Shown piece after piece: positions 30,592 to 40,727 of a stretch of 64,000 nucleotides of DNA. Below the pieces are notes generated by a model that did no database searches, was not told the origin of the DNA, and worked only from the letters and a program-made list of their open reading frames with translations. How positions within the stretch are numbered: position 1 is the stretch's first letter; each line of letters opens with the position of its first letter. The DNA is from Longimicrobiales bacterium (lineage in GTDB: Bacteria > Gemmatimonadota > Gemmatimonadetes > Longimicrobiales > Gaopeijiaceae), in contig CBDCKN010000015.1 in assembly GCA_965218295.1 (NCBI GenBank), forward strand, positions 491,348 to 555,347. The letters run 5' to 3'. A program made the position numbers and the translations under genes.

Positions 30592-31947
30592 ATGCATAAC
30601 AAAATACCCCGTCCAGCAGAACTCGCGGAATTCAGGATGCTTTACCTGGCTTTTACGGAGATAATGCTAGATTTGACTAGCAAACGATATACGGCTGCCG
30701 ACGCGAAACAATTGACTAGAAATATCGCAGCGCAAGAACCATTTATTCCTTCGCCTGATGATGACGACTTTCCGCATGAACTCGCGCAAAAGTGCGCGGA
30801 TGTGTTTTGTTCCTTGGAACTCACCGATTTGAAGCTTTCGGACAACGCCGGAACTCCAATCGAGAATCCGAGTGTCGAACAGCTTCGGCCGTTTATCATC
30901 CATATGGAACTCAATCGTCCGATACGGTACTTGGTACGGGAGTATGGCAAGACATCTTTTTCTAGAGACCAAATTTCAGTTTGTCTAAACAGATACATCG
31001 CCCATTGGACCGGCGAAACAGCGACCGATGCGGAATTCGCCCCGATATATAACTTCGAGACCGATATTCGGGTCATCAAACTCAGTGACCTTGTTTCCAT
31101 TGTGCACTTCACTGACGAAAATAAAAACAAGATTATGAGAACGCTCGGGCCGTTGGAACGGGCAATCGATACACGAAACTACGCTAGTGCCTCTCGGGTG
31201 GCGAGGCTGCGTCCGATTGAAGGCTTTTATGACAAAGAGACGAAGCGCGAAATCCGGGAACACGCACGCAAGAACCTACAATGTGCTGTCACATCGCTGC
31301 GGCTCATGAAGCCGGAGGCAATCGGGACCATGGGATACATCAGATTCCGAGGGCTAGGAGGGGACCGTGGAGCCGGTGTTAGCCCGCAAGAAGAATTCGA
31401 TCTGCCCTGGAACTGGTTTTCGAGTATTCGTGATAGATATGTACTTAATCGCTCAGATCTACCTAGATTCCGCAAGCTCTATAACATGCTGAGTAGAAGT
31501 GAATTTGAAACGTGGGATCGGCTGGCATTGCTGTTGCGTCAATTCAATCGCTCCTGCCAGAGGGAACGAGATGAAGATCGAATACTTGATTACGCGACTT
31601 GCCTTGAGAGCGCGTTGTTATCTGGCGTCAACACTGAATTATCGTACCGTCTTGCACTTCGTGCAGCGAAGCTTCTTCGAGACCAGCGCAATCCAGAGCA
31701 GACCTTCAAACATATACGATGTTTGTACAATGTCAGAAGCAGAATCGTTCATTCGAATGAATCATTCACCAATGCTATGGTAGATACGTATGCTAGGCGG
31801 GTTGGCCTCCGCCCACGCGAGTTCATGCGGTCGACGAACGCATTGATGCGTGAACTGTTGTCTACGGTCATTGAGCATGTGTCCCAGGGGAAGGTTCTCG
31901 CAAAGCTATGCGAAGACCTGGACGATAAAATTGTGAAGTCCCTTTGA
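30592..31947 (+). CDS. HEPN-domain protein (ApeA-like); start uncertain
   Basis: LES.L....ELSYRLALRAA.LL and LYNVRSRIVH (Rx4H-type) motifs; lower GC than flanks. Confidence 0.75.
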   Translation: MHNKIPRPAELAEFRMLYLAFTEIMLDLTSKRYTAADAKQLTRNIAAQEPFIPSPDDDDFPHELAQKCADVFCSLELTDLKLSDNAGTPIENPSVEQLRPFIIHMELNRPIRYLVREYGKTSFSRDQISVCLNRYIAHWTGETATDAEFAPIYNFETDIRVIKLSDLVSIVHFTDENKNKIMRTLGPLERAIDTRNYASASRVARLRPIEGFYDKETKREIREHARKNLQCAVTSLRLMKPEAIGTMGYIRFRGLGGDRGAGVSPQEEFDLPWNWFSSIRDRYVLNRSDLPRFRKLYNMLSRSEFETWDRLALLLRQFNRSCQRERDEDRILDYATCLESALLSGVNTELSYRLALRAAKLLRDQRNPEQTFKHIRCLYNVRSRIVHSNESFTNAMVDTYARRVGLRPREFMRSTNALMRELLSTVIEHVSQGKVLAKLCEDLDDKIVKSL

Positions 31948-32609
31948 CTTGACGGCGGGTGCAACGTCTTGATTGCTGAAACCAGAATGAAGCTCATGCA
32001 TTGGAGTTTCCTATACCTACTGCACTTGGCCGCAGATCCGGACCGAGTTCGAAACGATAGTGACGGCAAGGCACCCATGAACCCCACACCAACCACCCGA
32101 CGAACGAACCCTGACTCTGTCGAGGCGTTCTTCAGCACTCAGATTTCGGTGTCCGATTGACGCCGCACGGTCCCACGACCGTGCGGTTCGCGCACGCATC
32201 TGCTCGATGGCACGGTGGTCGCCAACCCCGGCGGGAGCACCGTCGCCACCCCGGCGTCGTCATTGCCCGTCCGACAAGGTGCTATCTAGGTATGCCTATA
32301 TCGCCCTTCCACATGGCGGTGGACCCGGAGTCGAGTAGATTTCCGCGCAGTGGACCAAGCGTAACCGCGTCCACCAGACCTCCTGTAAGCCGGACTGAAA
32401 CTGCCACCGTCACGGAAGTACTGATTAGGAGAGAGAGGGTCAGTCGCTGGATGGTGAGCCGTATCGTCTGCCGGCTCGTGGCGGCCCACGCTCTCCACGC
32501 TACCAACCTCCGGAGCCGGTCATCTACTAATGAAATTTCCCAGCGACATCTCCACATCTAGCAGTCTAAGAACCGCTTCTGCATATTGATGACATGAGGA
32601 AGACCTCCA

Positions 32610-33926
32610 GTGCGATCTCTCTTGTATGCTGGTCCTTTGACCCAAGTTAAACCCGCCTTGAAGACAATAAAGTTTTCTAAATTAATTGAAGTCTTTCGGG
32701 AAATCTGTGAATTGTCTTCTATACAGAGGTCAAAGCAATCATGGAAATACGATTTTGACCTGTCCTTGACTTTTCTTGAATCACGTTCACTAGACAAGCA
32801 CATTACTTTTGCTTCTCGTAACTTCAAGACGCTGCCTTTGAATAGCGAAAGGCATCTGTACGAAATGAATGACATTGTCATTCGAAATCTCCAAATCAAT
32901 CTCGACGATCAAAAGGGATTGACTATCCATGATGACTGGCACCCGCTCTCCTTCGCAAAGTGGCATTTTGAAAATTGCCACTTTGCATCTTCATCCGTGA
33001 ATATGTGGCACATCGGCTTTCCTTGGCGTGGCTCCTTCCGGTTTTACAAGAACGACTTTGATTTTCCATTACGACATCCTGGAGGTCGTTGGTCGTTTGG
33101 TTTTGCGGAGGGAAGCAAAATCTTGTTTCAAGGGAACGATTTCAAGCGAAATAATGCCCAGATTGGCTTCACGACTTCCGGGACAGATCGAGACGCAACT
33201 GATAGGGAACATTCTACCCGGCATAGACTAGGAAATTTGTCACTTGTGGGAAACAAGGGAATACAGGAGTTGCTAGTACTGGAAGGTTGCCCATCCGTAT
33301 TGTTTTCTGGAATGAATCGTATAGAGAAATTGTCTTTATCACAATTGTCGGAGGGAGGACAGATACGGAATGTAACGGTATATTTTGGGCCGCGTGAAAA
33401 GATAGATTCGCAATTTCACTACTGTATGCATCACAGACGTCTGTTTATGTCCGTGAAGGATCTGGCAGCAATGAACCACGACACACGCCAAGAAAACGTA
33501 TTGGATAAACAGCTAGAACGCATCGAGTATTTTTTTAATAAGGAACAAGATACTCCGTCGCCGGCGGATTATCGTATTTCGATCGAGTACTGGCAGGACA
33601 GAGTGTTGTACGCGTGGAGGCGGTGGTCATCAGATTTCTACAGATCCTGGTTGCGCCCCCTAAGCATGATTGTACTAGGCTATATGCTGTTGAATGCGAT
33701 ACCAGTGTTGTTTATTGATACTTTTTCTCTCTCCCAGTGGATCGAGCTTACTCTTCGTCCGATAAGCGACATCGCCAGATATGAGGAGAAAGTGAGTCAG
33801 ATACTTTCGAGTGACTATGCCATGGTTTCTGTATCAGAGCGGAATATATTGAGACTTGTTGGCTTGATCGAAGTGATTTGGATTGCTATGTGGAGTTTTG
33901 CTTTCGCGAAGGCCATAAGGAAATAG
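32610..33926 (+). CDS. Hypothetical low-GC protein with C-terminal TM helices; start uncertain (possibly 32865)
   Basis: Long AT-rich ORF; SDFYRSWLRPL motif followed by TM segments. Confidence 0.65.
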   Translation: MRSLLYAGPLTQVKPALKTIKFSKLIEVFREICELSSIQRSKQSWKYDFDLSLTFLESRSLDKHITFASRNFKTLPLNSERHLYEMNDIVIRNLQINLDDQKGLTIHDDWHPLSFAKWHFENCHFASSSVNMWHIGFPWRGSFRFYKNDFDFPLRHPGGRWSFGFAEGSKILFQGNDFKRNNAQIGFTTSGTDRDATDREHSTRHRLGNLSLVGNKGIQELLVLEGCPSVLFSGMNRIEKLSLSQLSEGGQIRNVTVYFGPREKIDSQFHYCMHHRRLFMSVKDLAAMNHDTRQENVLDKQLERIEYFFNKEQDTPSPADYRISIEYWQDRVLYAWRRWSSDFYRSWLRPLSMIVLGYMLLNAIPVLFIDTFSLSQWIELTLRPISDIARYEEKVSQILSSDYAMVSVSERNILRLVGLIEVIWIAMWSFAFAKAIRK

Positions 33927-34060
33927 GGCGACATACGGAGCGAATATGTAATCACCCACTGAATCCTGTGTCGAGACGCTTGTGTAGTGAGTGTGATAGA
34001 TAACAGACTGGAGGATCATTCACAGCCGTAGGCAGTCGATCACTCACGACTGCCGCCGGC

Positions 34061-35291
34061 TGTACAGAGATGGTAATGACCTGACAGTTGGCCCTCGCCG
34101 GAGCTGTGTCTAGGCTGCCTTCGTCTTAGCCTCCTCCTTCCTGGCCTTTGCGGCCTTCCTGGCGTCGGTGAGACCGGCCTTGAAGACCTGATAGGGCGTG
34201 CGGCCCTCCATGGCTCGACCGCGGTGCGGCCGCTTCCGGTTGTAGGTCTCCAGATACGCCTCGAGGTCCTGCTGCATCTCCTCGACGGTCTCGTACCAGG
34301 TGGTGCGGCCCTTCACCCTCAAGTGCTCGTCGAGGAGCGTGCGGTGGAAGCGCTCGATGAAGCCGTTGGACTGGGGCCTGCCCACCTTCGTCGTGCGGTG
34401 CTCGATGTCCTCGAGCTGAAGGAACAGCTCATATGGGTGACGGTCCGGACGGCCGCAGAACTCGCGGCCGTTGTCGCTGAGCACGGTCTTCACCCGGACC
34501 CGGTGCTCATCGAAGAACGGCAACACGTCGTTATTCATCACCTGCACCGCCGTGAGCGGGAGCTTGCTCGTGTAGAGCCGGCCCCAGGCGTAGCGGCTGA
34601 AGCAATCGAGCACGGTCTGCAGGTACACCTTGCCGACCCCCTTCAGCGTTCCGACGAAGAACGTGTCCACGGCGACGAGGTCGCCCGGGTAATGGACTTC
34701 GATGTGGCGCTCCCGGAACTCGGGACTGAAGCGCTCCAGCAGCTCGATCTGCTCGTCGGTCAGCTTCAGCTTCCGTTCCCTGGCCGTCTCTTCGAGCCTG
34801 AGCAGCCGTTCGTGCTTCGTGGTGAGGCCATGCCGGCTCCACACGCCCCGTACGCCTCCTGAGCTCACCTGGATCCCTCCGAGCAGCAACTCGTCCGCGA
34901 CCCGCTGAGCTCCGTGCGTCGGAGCCTCCAAGGCGTGGGCCAAGACCGCCTGCTCAATCTCTTCACTCACCCGGTTCGGGTGCGGTCCCTTCGGCCCCGG
35001 AAGCTGGTCGATCAGCCCCTCGGCCCCGTAAAGCTGGAAGTTCCTCCTGATCTCGTAGAACTGCTGCCGGCTGTAGCCCACGATCTTGCACGCCTTGCTC
35101 ACGTTGCCGAGCTCCTGGGCCAACTGTAGCAGGCTCAGCTTGCGGCGCGCTATCTTCTCCCCCTGGACGGTGGTCATCTTCTCTCCCGTGCTAAGTGAGT
35201 GACTTCGACATCTCTCAATTAGCTCCGGCGAGGGCGGCTGGCCACCGTCCTCTCTCGTGGTCAACTGTCAGGTGAATACCGTCTCAGCACA
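34061..35291 (-). mobile_element. IS481-family element
   Basis: TGT...ACA ends with imperfect 30-bp IRs; 7-bp DR CGCCGGC at 34054-34060 and 35292-35298. Confidence 0.93.
34110..35177 (-). CDS. IS481-family transposase
   Basis: LAQELGNVSKAC HTH; VDTF, SDNGREF and SNGFIERFH DDE motifs. Confidence 0.93.
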   Translation of the reverse strand: MTTVQGEKIARRKLSLLQLAQELGNVSKACKIVGYSRQQFYEIRRNFQLYGAEGLIDQLPGPKGPHPNRVSEEIEQAVLAHALEAPTHGAQRVADELLLGGIQVSSGGVRGVWSRHGLTTKHERLLRLEETARERKLKLTDEQIELLERFSPEFRERHIEVHYPGDLVAVDTFFVGTLKGVGKVYLQTVLDCFSRYAWGRLYTSKLPLTAVQVMNNDVLPFFDEHRVRVKTVLSDNGREFCGRPDRHPYELFLQLEDIEHRTTKVGRPQSNGFIERFHRTLLDEHLRVKGRTTWYETVEEMQQDLEAYLETYNRKRPHRGRAMEGRTPYQVFKAGLTDARKAAKARKEEAKTKAA

Positions 35292-36501
35292 CGCCGGCGA
35301 GGTACGCGGCCCAGTCGTCCATGAGCCGGCGCCGGCGCTCGAACAGATCCGTGCGCCGGTAGGCCGCCTCGACCGGGTTTCGGACCTTGTGTGCCAGCGC
35401 CGCCTCCACGACCTCGCGGGGATGATCCGTATCTTCGGCCGCCCAGTCCCGGAAACTCGACCGGAACCCGTGCGGCACAGCCGCGATCTTTAACTCCCTG
35501 AGCAGTTCCGACAGCGCCGTGGTCGCAATGGGGTTTCTGCGCAGGCCTGGAAACACGAGCGGGCTGCCGCGATCGAGCACCCGCGCCTCCTCGAGGATCT
35601 CCAGCGCACGCCGGCACAGCGGGACCCGGTGCTCGCGCGCCGCCTTCGTGCGTCGGGCCGGGATGATCCACGCACCCTCGCCCCGGTCGATCTCCGTCCA
35701 GAGCGCCCCACGCACCTCGCCGGAGCGTGTCGCCGTCAGCACCAGAAACTCGAATGCCAGCTTCACGACCGGCCGCGCGTTCGACCTCCGCACCGTCTCG
35801 ATCGCCGCCGACACCTGGCCGTGCGGCAACGCCCGCATGTGTCGAACGACGCCCCCCTGCGAACCGAGCACCGGGCCGATCCGGTCGCACGGGTTGTCGG
35901 GCCTGAGACCCATCGCCACCGCCCACTCCATGACCGCGCGGATGCGCTGGCGCAACTTCCGGGCCGTGGGCGGCATGTCGTGCCAGATCGGAGCGAGGAT
36001 CCCGATCACGTCGGCGCTCGTCACCTCCGAAATCGGCATCTTCCCGATGCGAGGAACAGCGTAGCGCTCCAGGCTGCTCAACCAGAGCTGCGCATGCTGG
36101 GGGGAGCGCCAGCCCGGCCGCAGCTGCTTCCAGACCTGCCGGGTCGCGTCCGCGAAGGTGGGCGTCGACTCGACCCGCTGCTTCTCCGACAGGGGATCGC
36201 CTCCCTCGCGGGCGAGCTTCCGGTTGGCGAACGCCTGCTCTCGGGCTTCCTTCAGCGAGACCAGGGGGAATCCGCCGAGCCCGAGCTCGGTTCGGCGGCC
36301 GCGGATCGTGAGGCGCTGGATCCAGCCCCGGCTGCCCGAGGGCCGCACATCGAGATAGAGGCCCTGGCCGTCACAATAGCGTCCGGCCTGGCTCACGTTG
36401 CGCACGAAGGCAGGCGTCAGGGCGTTGTTGGGATGCCGGCTGCGCGGCTTGCGTTGCGGGGGTCGTGTGGGGAGTGTTATACATACCAATATATCCACCA
36501 C
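35284..36501 (-). CDS. P4-like tyrosine integrase 1 (last codons replaced by IS481)
   Basis: Arm-binding domain (DGQGLYL...LGLGGFP.VSLKEAR), TATRSGEVR, HGFRSSFRDW, ALAH and catalytic AAY. The original end YLAGGSRE* lies beyond the IS. Confidence 0.93.
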   Translation of the reverse strand: MVDILVCITLPTRPPQRKPRSRHPNNALTPAFVRNVSQAGRYCDGQGLYLDVRPSGSRGWIQRLTIRGRRTELGLGGFPLVSLKEAREQAFANRKLAREGGDPLSEKQRVESTPTFADATRQVWKQLRPGWRSPQHAQLWLSSLERYAVPRIGKMPISEVTSADVIGILAPIWHDMPPTARKLRQRIRAVMEWAVAMGLRPDNPCDRIGPVLGSQGGVVRHMRALPHGQVSAAIETVRRSNARPVVKLAFEFLVLTATRSGEVRGALWTEIDRGEGAWIIPARRTKAAREHRVPLCRRALEILEEARVLDRGSPLVFPGLRRNPIATTALSELLRELKIAAVPHGFRSSFRDWAAEDTDHPREVVEAALAHKVRNPVEAAYRRTDLFERRRRLMDDWAAYLAGVC

Positions 36502-36666
36502 AGATTAGCGGATGCAAGGGGTCGAAGCGGATCGGTATGGGACAGGAGAGATCCTTATACATCGTGATAAGTCAATATAAACAAGTCAGTTATATGCGTT
36601 ATGGGACTTTGCTGGACGAGATGGCTATTCTCAACATGGCTGCCCTACGGGAAGGTTGTCAGAGCG

Positions 36667-37210
36667 ATGCTGAGGCCGGCGACGCTCGTCCTCATGGGCC
36701 TCGCTTCGGCGGCCGCGATCGCCCACGCCTTCTGGGCGCCGTTTCCCGCCAGCGGCGGTAATCCCGTGCTGGACCTCATCGCCTACCACGATCCGGGCTT
36801 CCACACCGTGATCCGCATCTGGTACTACGCAGCGCCCGCCATCGCCGTCGTGCTCTTCGGCAGCCTCGGCCTCTCGGTCTGGAGAGTCTGGCTCCAGCCG
36901 CGAGCGGGGGGCGGCGGCAGGGGCAAGCTGCCTGCTTGGCCCGCCTCGCCCGAGGACGAGGCGCCCTCGCTCGTGATCGGCGAGCTGCACCACCCGACCG
37001 TTCCGTGCGAGAGCGAGCGGCCCTCCTGGCTCGTCGTTCCCGAGACGGGGCTCTACACCGGCGTCCTGATCGTCGGCGCCGTCGGCTCCGGCAAGACCTC
37101 GGCCTGCATGTATCCGTTCGCCCAGCAGCTCCTCTCCTGGCAGGCCGACCGGCCGGGGTGCCGGGCCAGCGCCCTGGTGCTAGAGGTCAAGGGCGACTTC
37201 TGCCACAAGT
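36667..37210 (+). pseudogene. VirD4/TraD-like coupling protein, 5' part only
   Basis: Two TM segments, Walker A GAVGSGKT, LVLEVKGDFCH, then an abrupt switch to an AT-richer att-like sequence. Confidence 0.8.
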
Positions 37211-37388
37211 ACGTCACTATGATCGCGACCATCGTCCCATGCGGTCCCATAGTGGTCCGTAAAGCGTGTTATTACAATGTGATACGGCGTATCCTGGCCG
37301 TGTTTACAGGCTCCCTCTTGTGCCGCTACGTACCGTATTGTACCATTGTGTATCCGTCGATATGTGATACACAGGTAGGATACACCAC

Positions 37389-38573
37389 ATGCGCAAACGA
37401 CCCCTTACGGCCGCCTTCGTGGCGCGGGTGAAGACGCCGGGACGCTACGGCGACGGCGGGATCGGCGGGCTCGGCCTGTACCTCCGCGTCCACCGGATGA
37501 AGTCCGGGCGCGTCTCCAAGTCTTGGGGCCAGCGCATTCGAGTGGCGGGGAAGCCCACCAATCTCGGACTGGGCTCGTACCCGGTCGTGACGCTCAGGGA
37601 GGCGAGGGAGAAGGCGCTGGAGTACAGGCGGGCGGTCCATTGGGGCCACGACCCGAGAGACGCGGGGGTTCCCACGTTCGAGGCGGCCGTCGAGAAGGTG
37701 ATCGCGATCCACTCGCCGACCTGGAAGAACCCATCCCGCATGGCCGGGCAGTGGCGGCAGACGCTGCGGGACTACGCACATCCGCGCATCGGCCGGAAGC
37801 GCGTGAGCGAGGTCGCGACGGCCGACGTGCTCGCCATCCTCAAGCCCATCTGGTCGAGCAAGCCCGCGACCGCGAGGGCCGTGCACCAGCGGATCGGCGC
37901 GGTGATGAAGTGGACCGTCGCGAAGGGCTACCGGCCGGACAACCCGGCGGGGGACGCCATCGCCGCCGCGCTGCCGCGTAACGGCAACGCCATCCGGCAT
38001 CACAAGGCGCTCCCGCACGGCGAGGTGGCGGCGGCTCTGGCCAAGGTCCGCGACTCGGAGTCCCATGCCGGTGTCCGGCTGGCGCTCGAGTTCATGGTCC
38101 TGACCGCGACACGCTCGAACGAGGTCCGGGGCGCGGCGTGCGACGAGGTCGAGCACGATGTCTGGACCATTCCCGCCGACCGCATGAAGGCGAAGCGCGA
38201 GCACCGGGTTCCCCTGTCGGGGTGGGCCTTGGAGATCCTCGAGGAAGCCCGGAAGCTCCACGGCGGCGGCGGGATCGTGTTCCGGGGCGCGAAGGGAGGA
38301 AGGATCCACGCCTCCATGTTCAGCAAGTCGCTCCGGCGTCTCGGCATCGCAGGAACGCCCCACGGGATGAGGTCCTCGTTCCGCGACTGGTGCTCGGAGA
38401 CGGGCGTGGCGCGCGAGGTGGCGGAGGCGGCGCTCGCACACAAGGTCCGCAGTCAGGCCGAGGCCGCCTACGCCCGCTCGGACCTGCTGGACCGGAGGCG
38501 CGAGGTCATGCAGGCCTGGGCCGCGTATCTCGCTGGCAAGCGTCGAGACCCGGAGGCCGAACCGATCCGCTGA
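37389..38573 (+). CDS. P4-like tyrosine integrase 2
   Basis: Arm domain, TATRSNEVR, HGMRSSFRDW, ALAH and AAY motifs; GATACAC repeats upstream. Confidence 0.93.
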   Translation: MRKRPLTAAFVARVKTPGRYGDGGIGGLGLYLRVHRMKSGRVSKSWGQRIRVAGKPTNLGLGSYPVVTLREAREKALEYRRAVHWGHDPRDAGVPTFEAAVEKVIAIHSPTWKNPSRMAGQWRQTLRDYAHPRIGRKRVSEVATADVLAILKPIWSSKPATARAVHQRIGAVMKWTVAKGYRPDNPAGDAIAAALPRNGNAIRHHKALPHGEVAAALAKVRDSESHAGVRLALEFMVLTATRSNEVRGAACDEVEHDVWTIPADRMKAKREHRVPLSGWALEILEEARKLHGGGGIVFRGAKGGRIHASMFSKSLRRLGIAGTPHGMRSSFRDWCSETGVAREVAEAALAHKVRSQAEAAYARSDLLDRRREVMQAWAAYLAGKRRDPEAEPIR

Positions 38574-38689
38574 GGCGGTGAGGGACTCCGCCCCTTCGAT
38601 CCCCTAGGGAGGCCCGCGCTCCGCTGCGGCGTGACCTATGGAGTAGCGCCGGGTGTTCCCGGCGGCGCCCCGGCAGACCCTGAGAGGCA

Positions 38690-38935
38690 GGATCCCGCGT
38701 TGCCTACTGCATCCGGTTCGCCTGCTCGACGGCCTGACAGGCGAGTACTCGGCCCACGGAGGCGTTCATCTGGCCCTGCGGCAGGGCGGTAGTGAGGGCT
38801 CGGTAACGCATGCCGGTCTCTTGTCGTCCCATGGCCTGTCCCGCGCCTCGGGATCAGAACATCGGAGGTAAGCCCGGTGCGAAGGCGGCGGCCTGCGCGG
38901 ATCGTGATCCGAGGCAGCCGGTTCAGGGCCGTCAG
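38690..38935 (-). pseudogene. Remnant of a second T4SS operon (virB10 3' end plus internally deleted virB5-like gene)
   Basis: LNRLPRITIRAGRRLR.GLTSDVLIPR and MRYRALTTAL|QGQMNASVGRVLACQAVEQANRMQ* match the proteins at 11066-13266. Confidence 0.75.
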
Positions 38936-39598
38936 GGTGTCCATACCAGCTACATTGAGGAGCCGGTTCCGTGCAGTGTCAAGCACGGCAAGAGAGGGGA
39001 GATTCCAGGAGGTCAACCACGTCCCACAGCCGGATCGGGCTCCGCCAGCGCCCGATCGAGCTTCTCCCGGAGGGCCTGAGGAAAGCCTCGATCACGGTCG
39101 ATCGAAGTGCGTTCGATCCGGGACAGTTCGGTAACCGAGGCACTCCCCGGATCCTGGCCGAGCATGAACGCAAAGCCATGGCTCGGCCGAGCGGCGCGGC
39201 TTGGGCCGAGTGGCTCGTGTGCGAGTCGTGCGCCGATATTGTGATCCGCCACGGGGACGCGGCTAGCCGGTCAGGCAGGAGCTATTAGGCCACGTCAGCT
39301 AGAGCTCTTCGCGCAGCCCACCGATCCCGGGACACGCTCCGAGGGGAGCTCCAAGCGGCGGCCACCGCCATCGCGGCCACCGAGTCTGTTCGATTAGCGA
39401 TCCCGTAGGGCGGGGGAAGCGTGTCGAACGCTGCCGCGTCCCGCCTTACTTGCCCTGCCTTGCCCTGCCGAGCCACGCCAGGCCATGCCAGGGCTTCGAC
39501 GATCGCAGACCCCGAGGGGACCGGTCCCCTTCGGGTTTGTGCTCTTTTCTAGGGTCGGAGAGAGCGCCAGCCAACCCGAGGGCGGACATCGGCTATTT

Positions 39599-40159
39599 CT
39601 ACAGCCCGCATTCCTGATAGCCCGAGTCCAGACATCGACGGGCAAGCTCCAGAGCGCGTTCGAGTTCGTCGGCTGTCAGGGACAGCTCGATGTCGGTCCT
39701 GTCGTCGAATGCAAAATCGCTTCCGTTGACCGAGGCCAGGTTAAACCACATGTGCGCGAGTACAAAGTCCCTCTCACCCACGCCACCTGTCCCGGTGGCG
39801 TATCTAAGCGCGATGGAGCGTTGAGCAGGGGCGTACCCTTGTGCAGCTGACAAGGATATTAGGCGCAATGCCTCGGCGTCGTCTTCCAGGACGCCGATAC
39901 CGGCATCATACCTGTATCCGAGAGCGTACTGCGCCTCTGCATTCTCTTGATCGGCCAGCTCGCGAAACAGGCGCGCGGCTTCGGCGAAATCTCCTTGCTC
40001 TTCGAGGTCCAGTGCGGCCTGTATCTCGCGGTCGTCACCGCGAGTACAGCCATGGACTACGAGCAAGCCGAACAGTACAATGAGAACCGCACCGGCCGCT
40101 CGTTGCGCTCGTTCCTCCTGGCGCTTCTTACTGCGGTGAGCCTTCTTCATCGGTTCCAT
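39599..40159 (-). CDS. Sel1-repeat membrane-anchored protein
   Basis: AEAQYALG..Y..G.GV and AAQGYAPAQ repeats; AHMWFNLA motif. Confidence 0.85.
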   Translation of the reverse strand: MEPMKKAHRSKKRQEERAQRAAGAVLIVLFGLLVVHGCTRGDDREIQAALDLEEQGDFAEAARLFRELADQENAEAQYALGYRYDAGIGVLEDDAEALRLISLSAAQGYAPAQRSIALRYATGTGGVGERDFVLAHMWFNLASVNGSDFAFDDRTDIELSLTADELERALELARRCLDSGYQECGL

Positions 40160-40244
40160 CTCCGTGTGTGAGCCTCCGGTTTTGCTTACGATAAGTCCAA
40201 TTATCGTAAGCAAAACCGACGACCTGCGGGCTCGACGCACGCAG

Positions 40245-40727
40245 TCATCCCAACACCCTCAACGTTACGGGCCCCCCGCCATCCGTGATCAGCTCACCGA
40301 TGTACTTGGGGGGGTCTCCTTTGGGCCACGGCGGCCCGTCCTGGGCACAATCTCCGCGCCGCTTCATCCAGTCCCCGATCAGTCCCCGATCTTCGCGGGA
40401 CTTATAGGACTTGAACTCAGGGCAAGTACTCCAAAACGAGTCCTTCACGTTTACGCTCACGGAGACGTCGCTGACCTCTCCCGGAAGCACTATGGTGAGA
40501 CCCTCGCATTGGAGCCGGTCCTTCCATGGAAGGAACAGCCGTTTGCGGTCCGTCCTCGCTACACTGAGCCCGAAATACCGATAAGATCCGTCCTCGCCTT
40601 TTCTCCCGCCGAACCAGCCCGTGAGTGTGAGTTCCTTCCCACCGGCTCGGATTCTCCCCGGACTCCTACTACCCCCTACCATTCCGGTATGCCAATCACA
40701 TCGCCCTGGAAGCTTCCGATTGCCCAC
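40245..40727 (-). CDS. Hypothetical protein (start uncertain)
   Basis: Protein-like composition with SFWSTCPE and PWPKG.PP motifs. Confidence 0.5.
   Translation of the reverse strand: MGNRKLPGRCDWHTGMVGGSRSPGRIRAGGKELTLTGWFGGRKGEDGSYRYFGLSVARTDRKRLFLPWKDRLQCEGLTIVLPGEVSDVSVSVNVKDSFWSTCPEFKSYKSREDRGLIGDWMKRRGDCAQDGPPWPKGDPPKYIGELITDGGGPVTLRVLG

Larger units (their letters stand above)
16188..36650. mobile_element. Putative integrative mobilizable element (~20.5 kb)
   Basis: Direct repeat CCCTACGG at 16188-16195 and 36643-36650. Joining the flanks rebuilds the motif seen intact in copies B and C. Integrase next to the right junction, pointing inward; internal oriT/mob. Confidence 0.72.
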
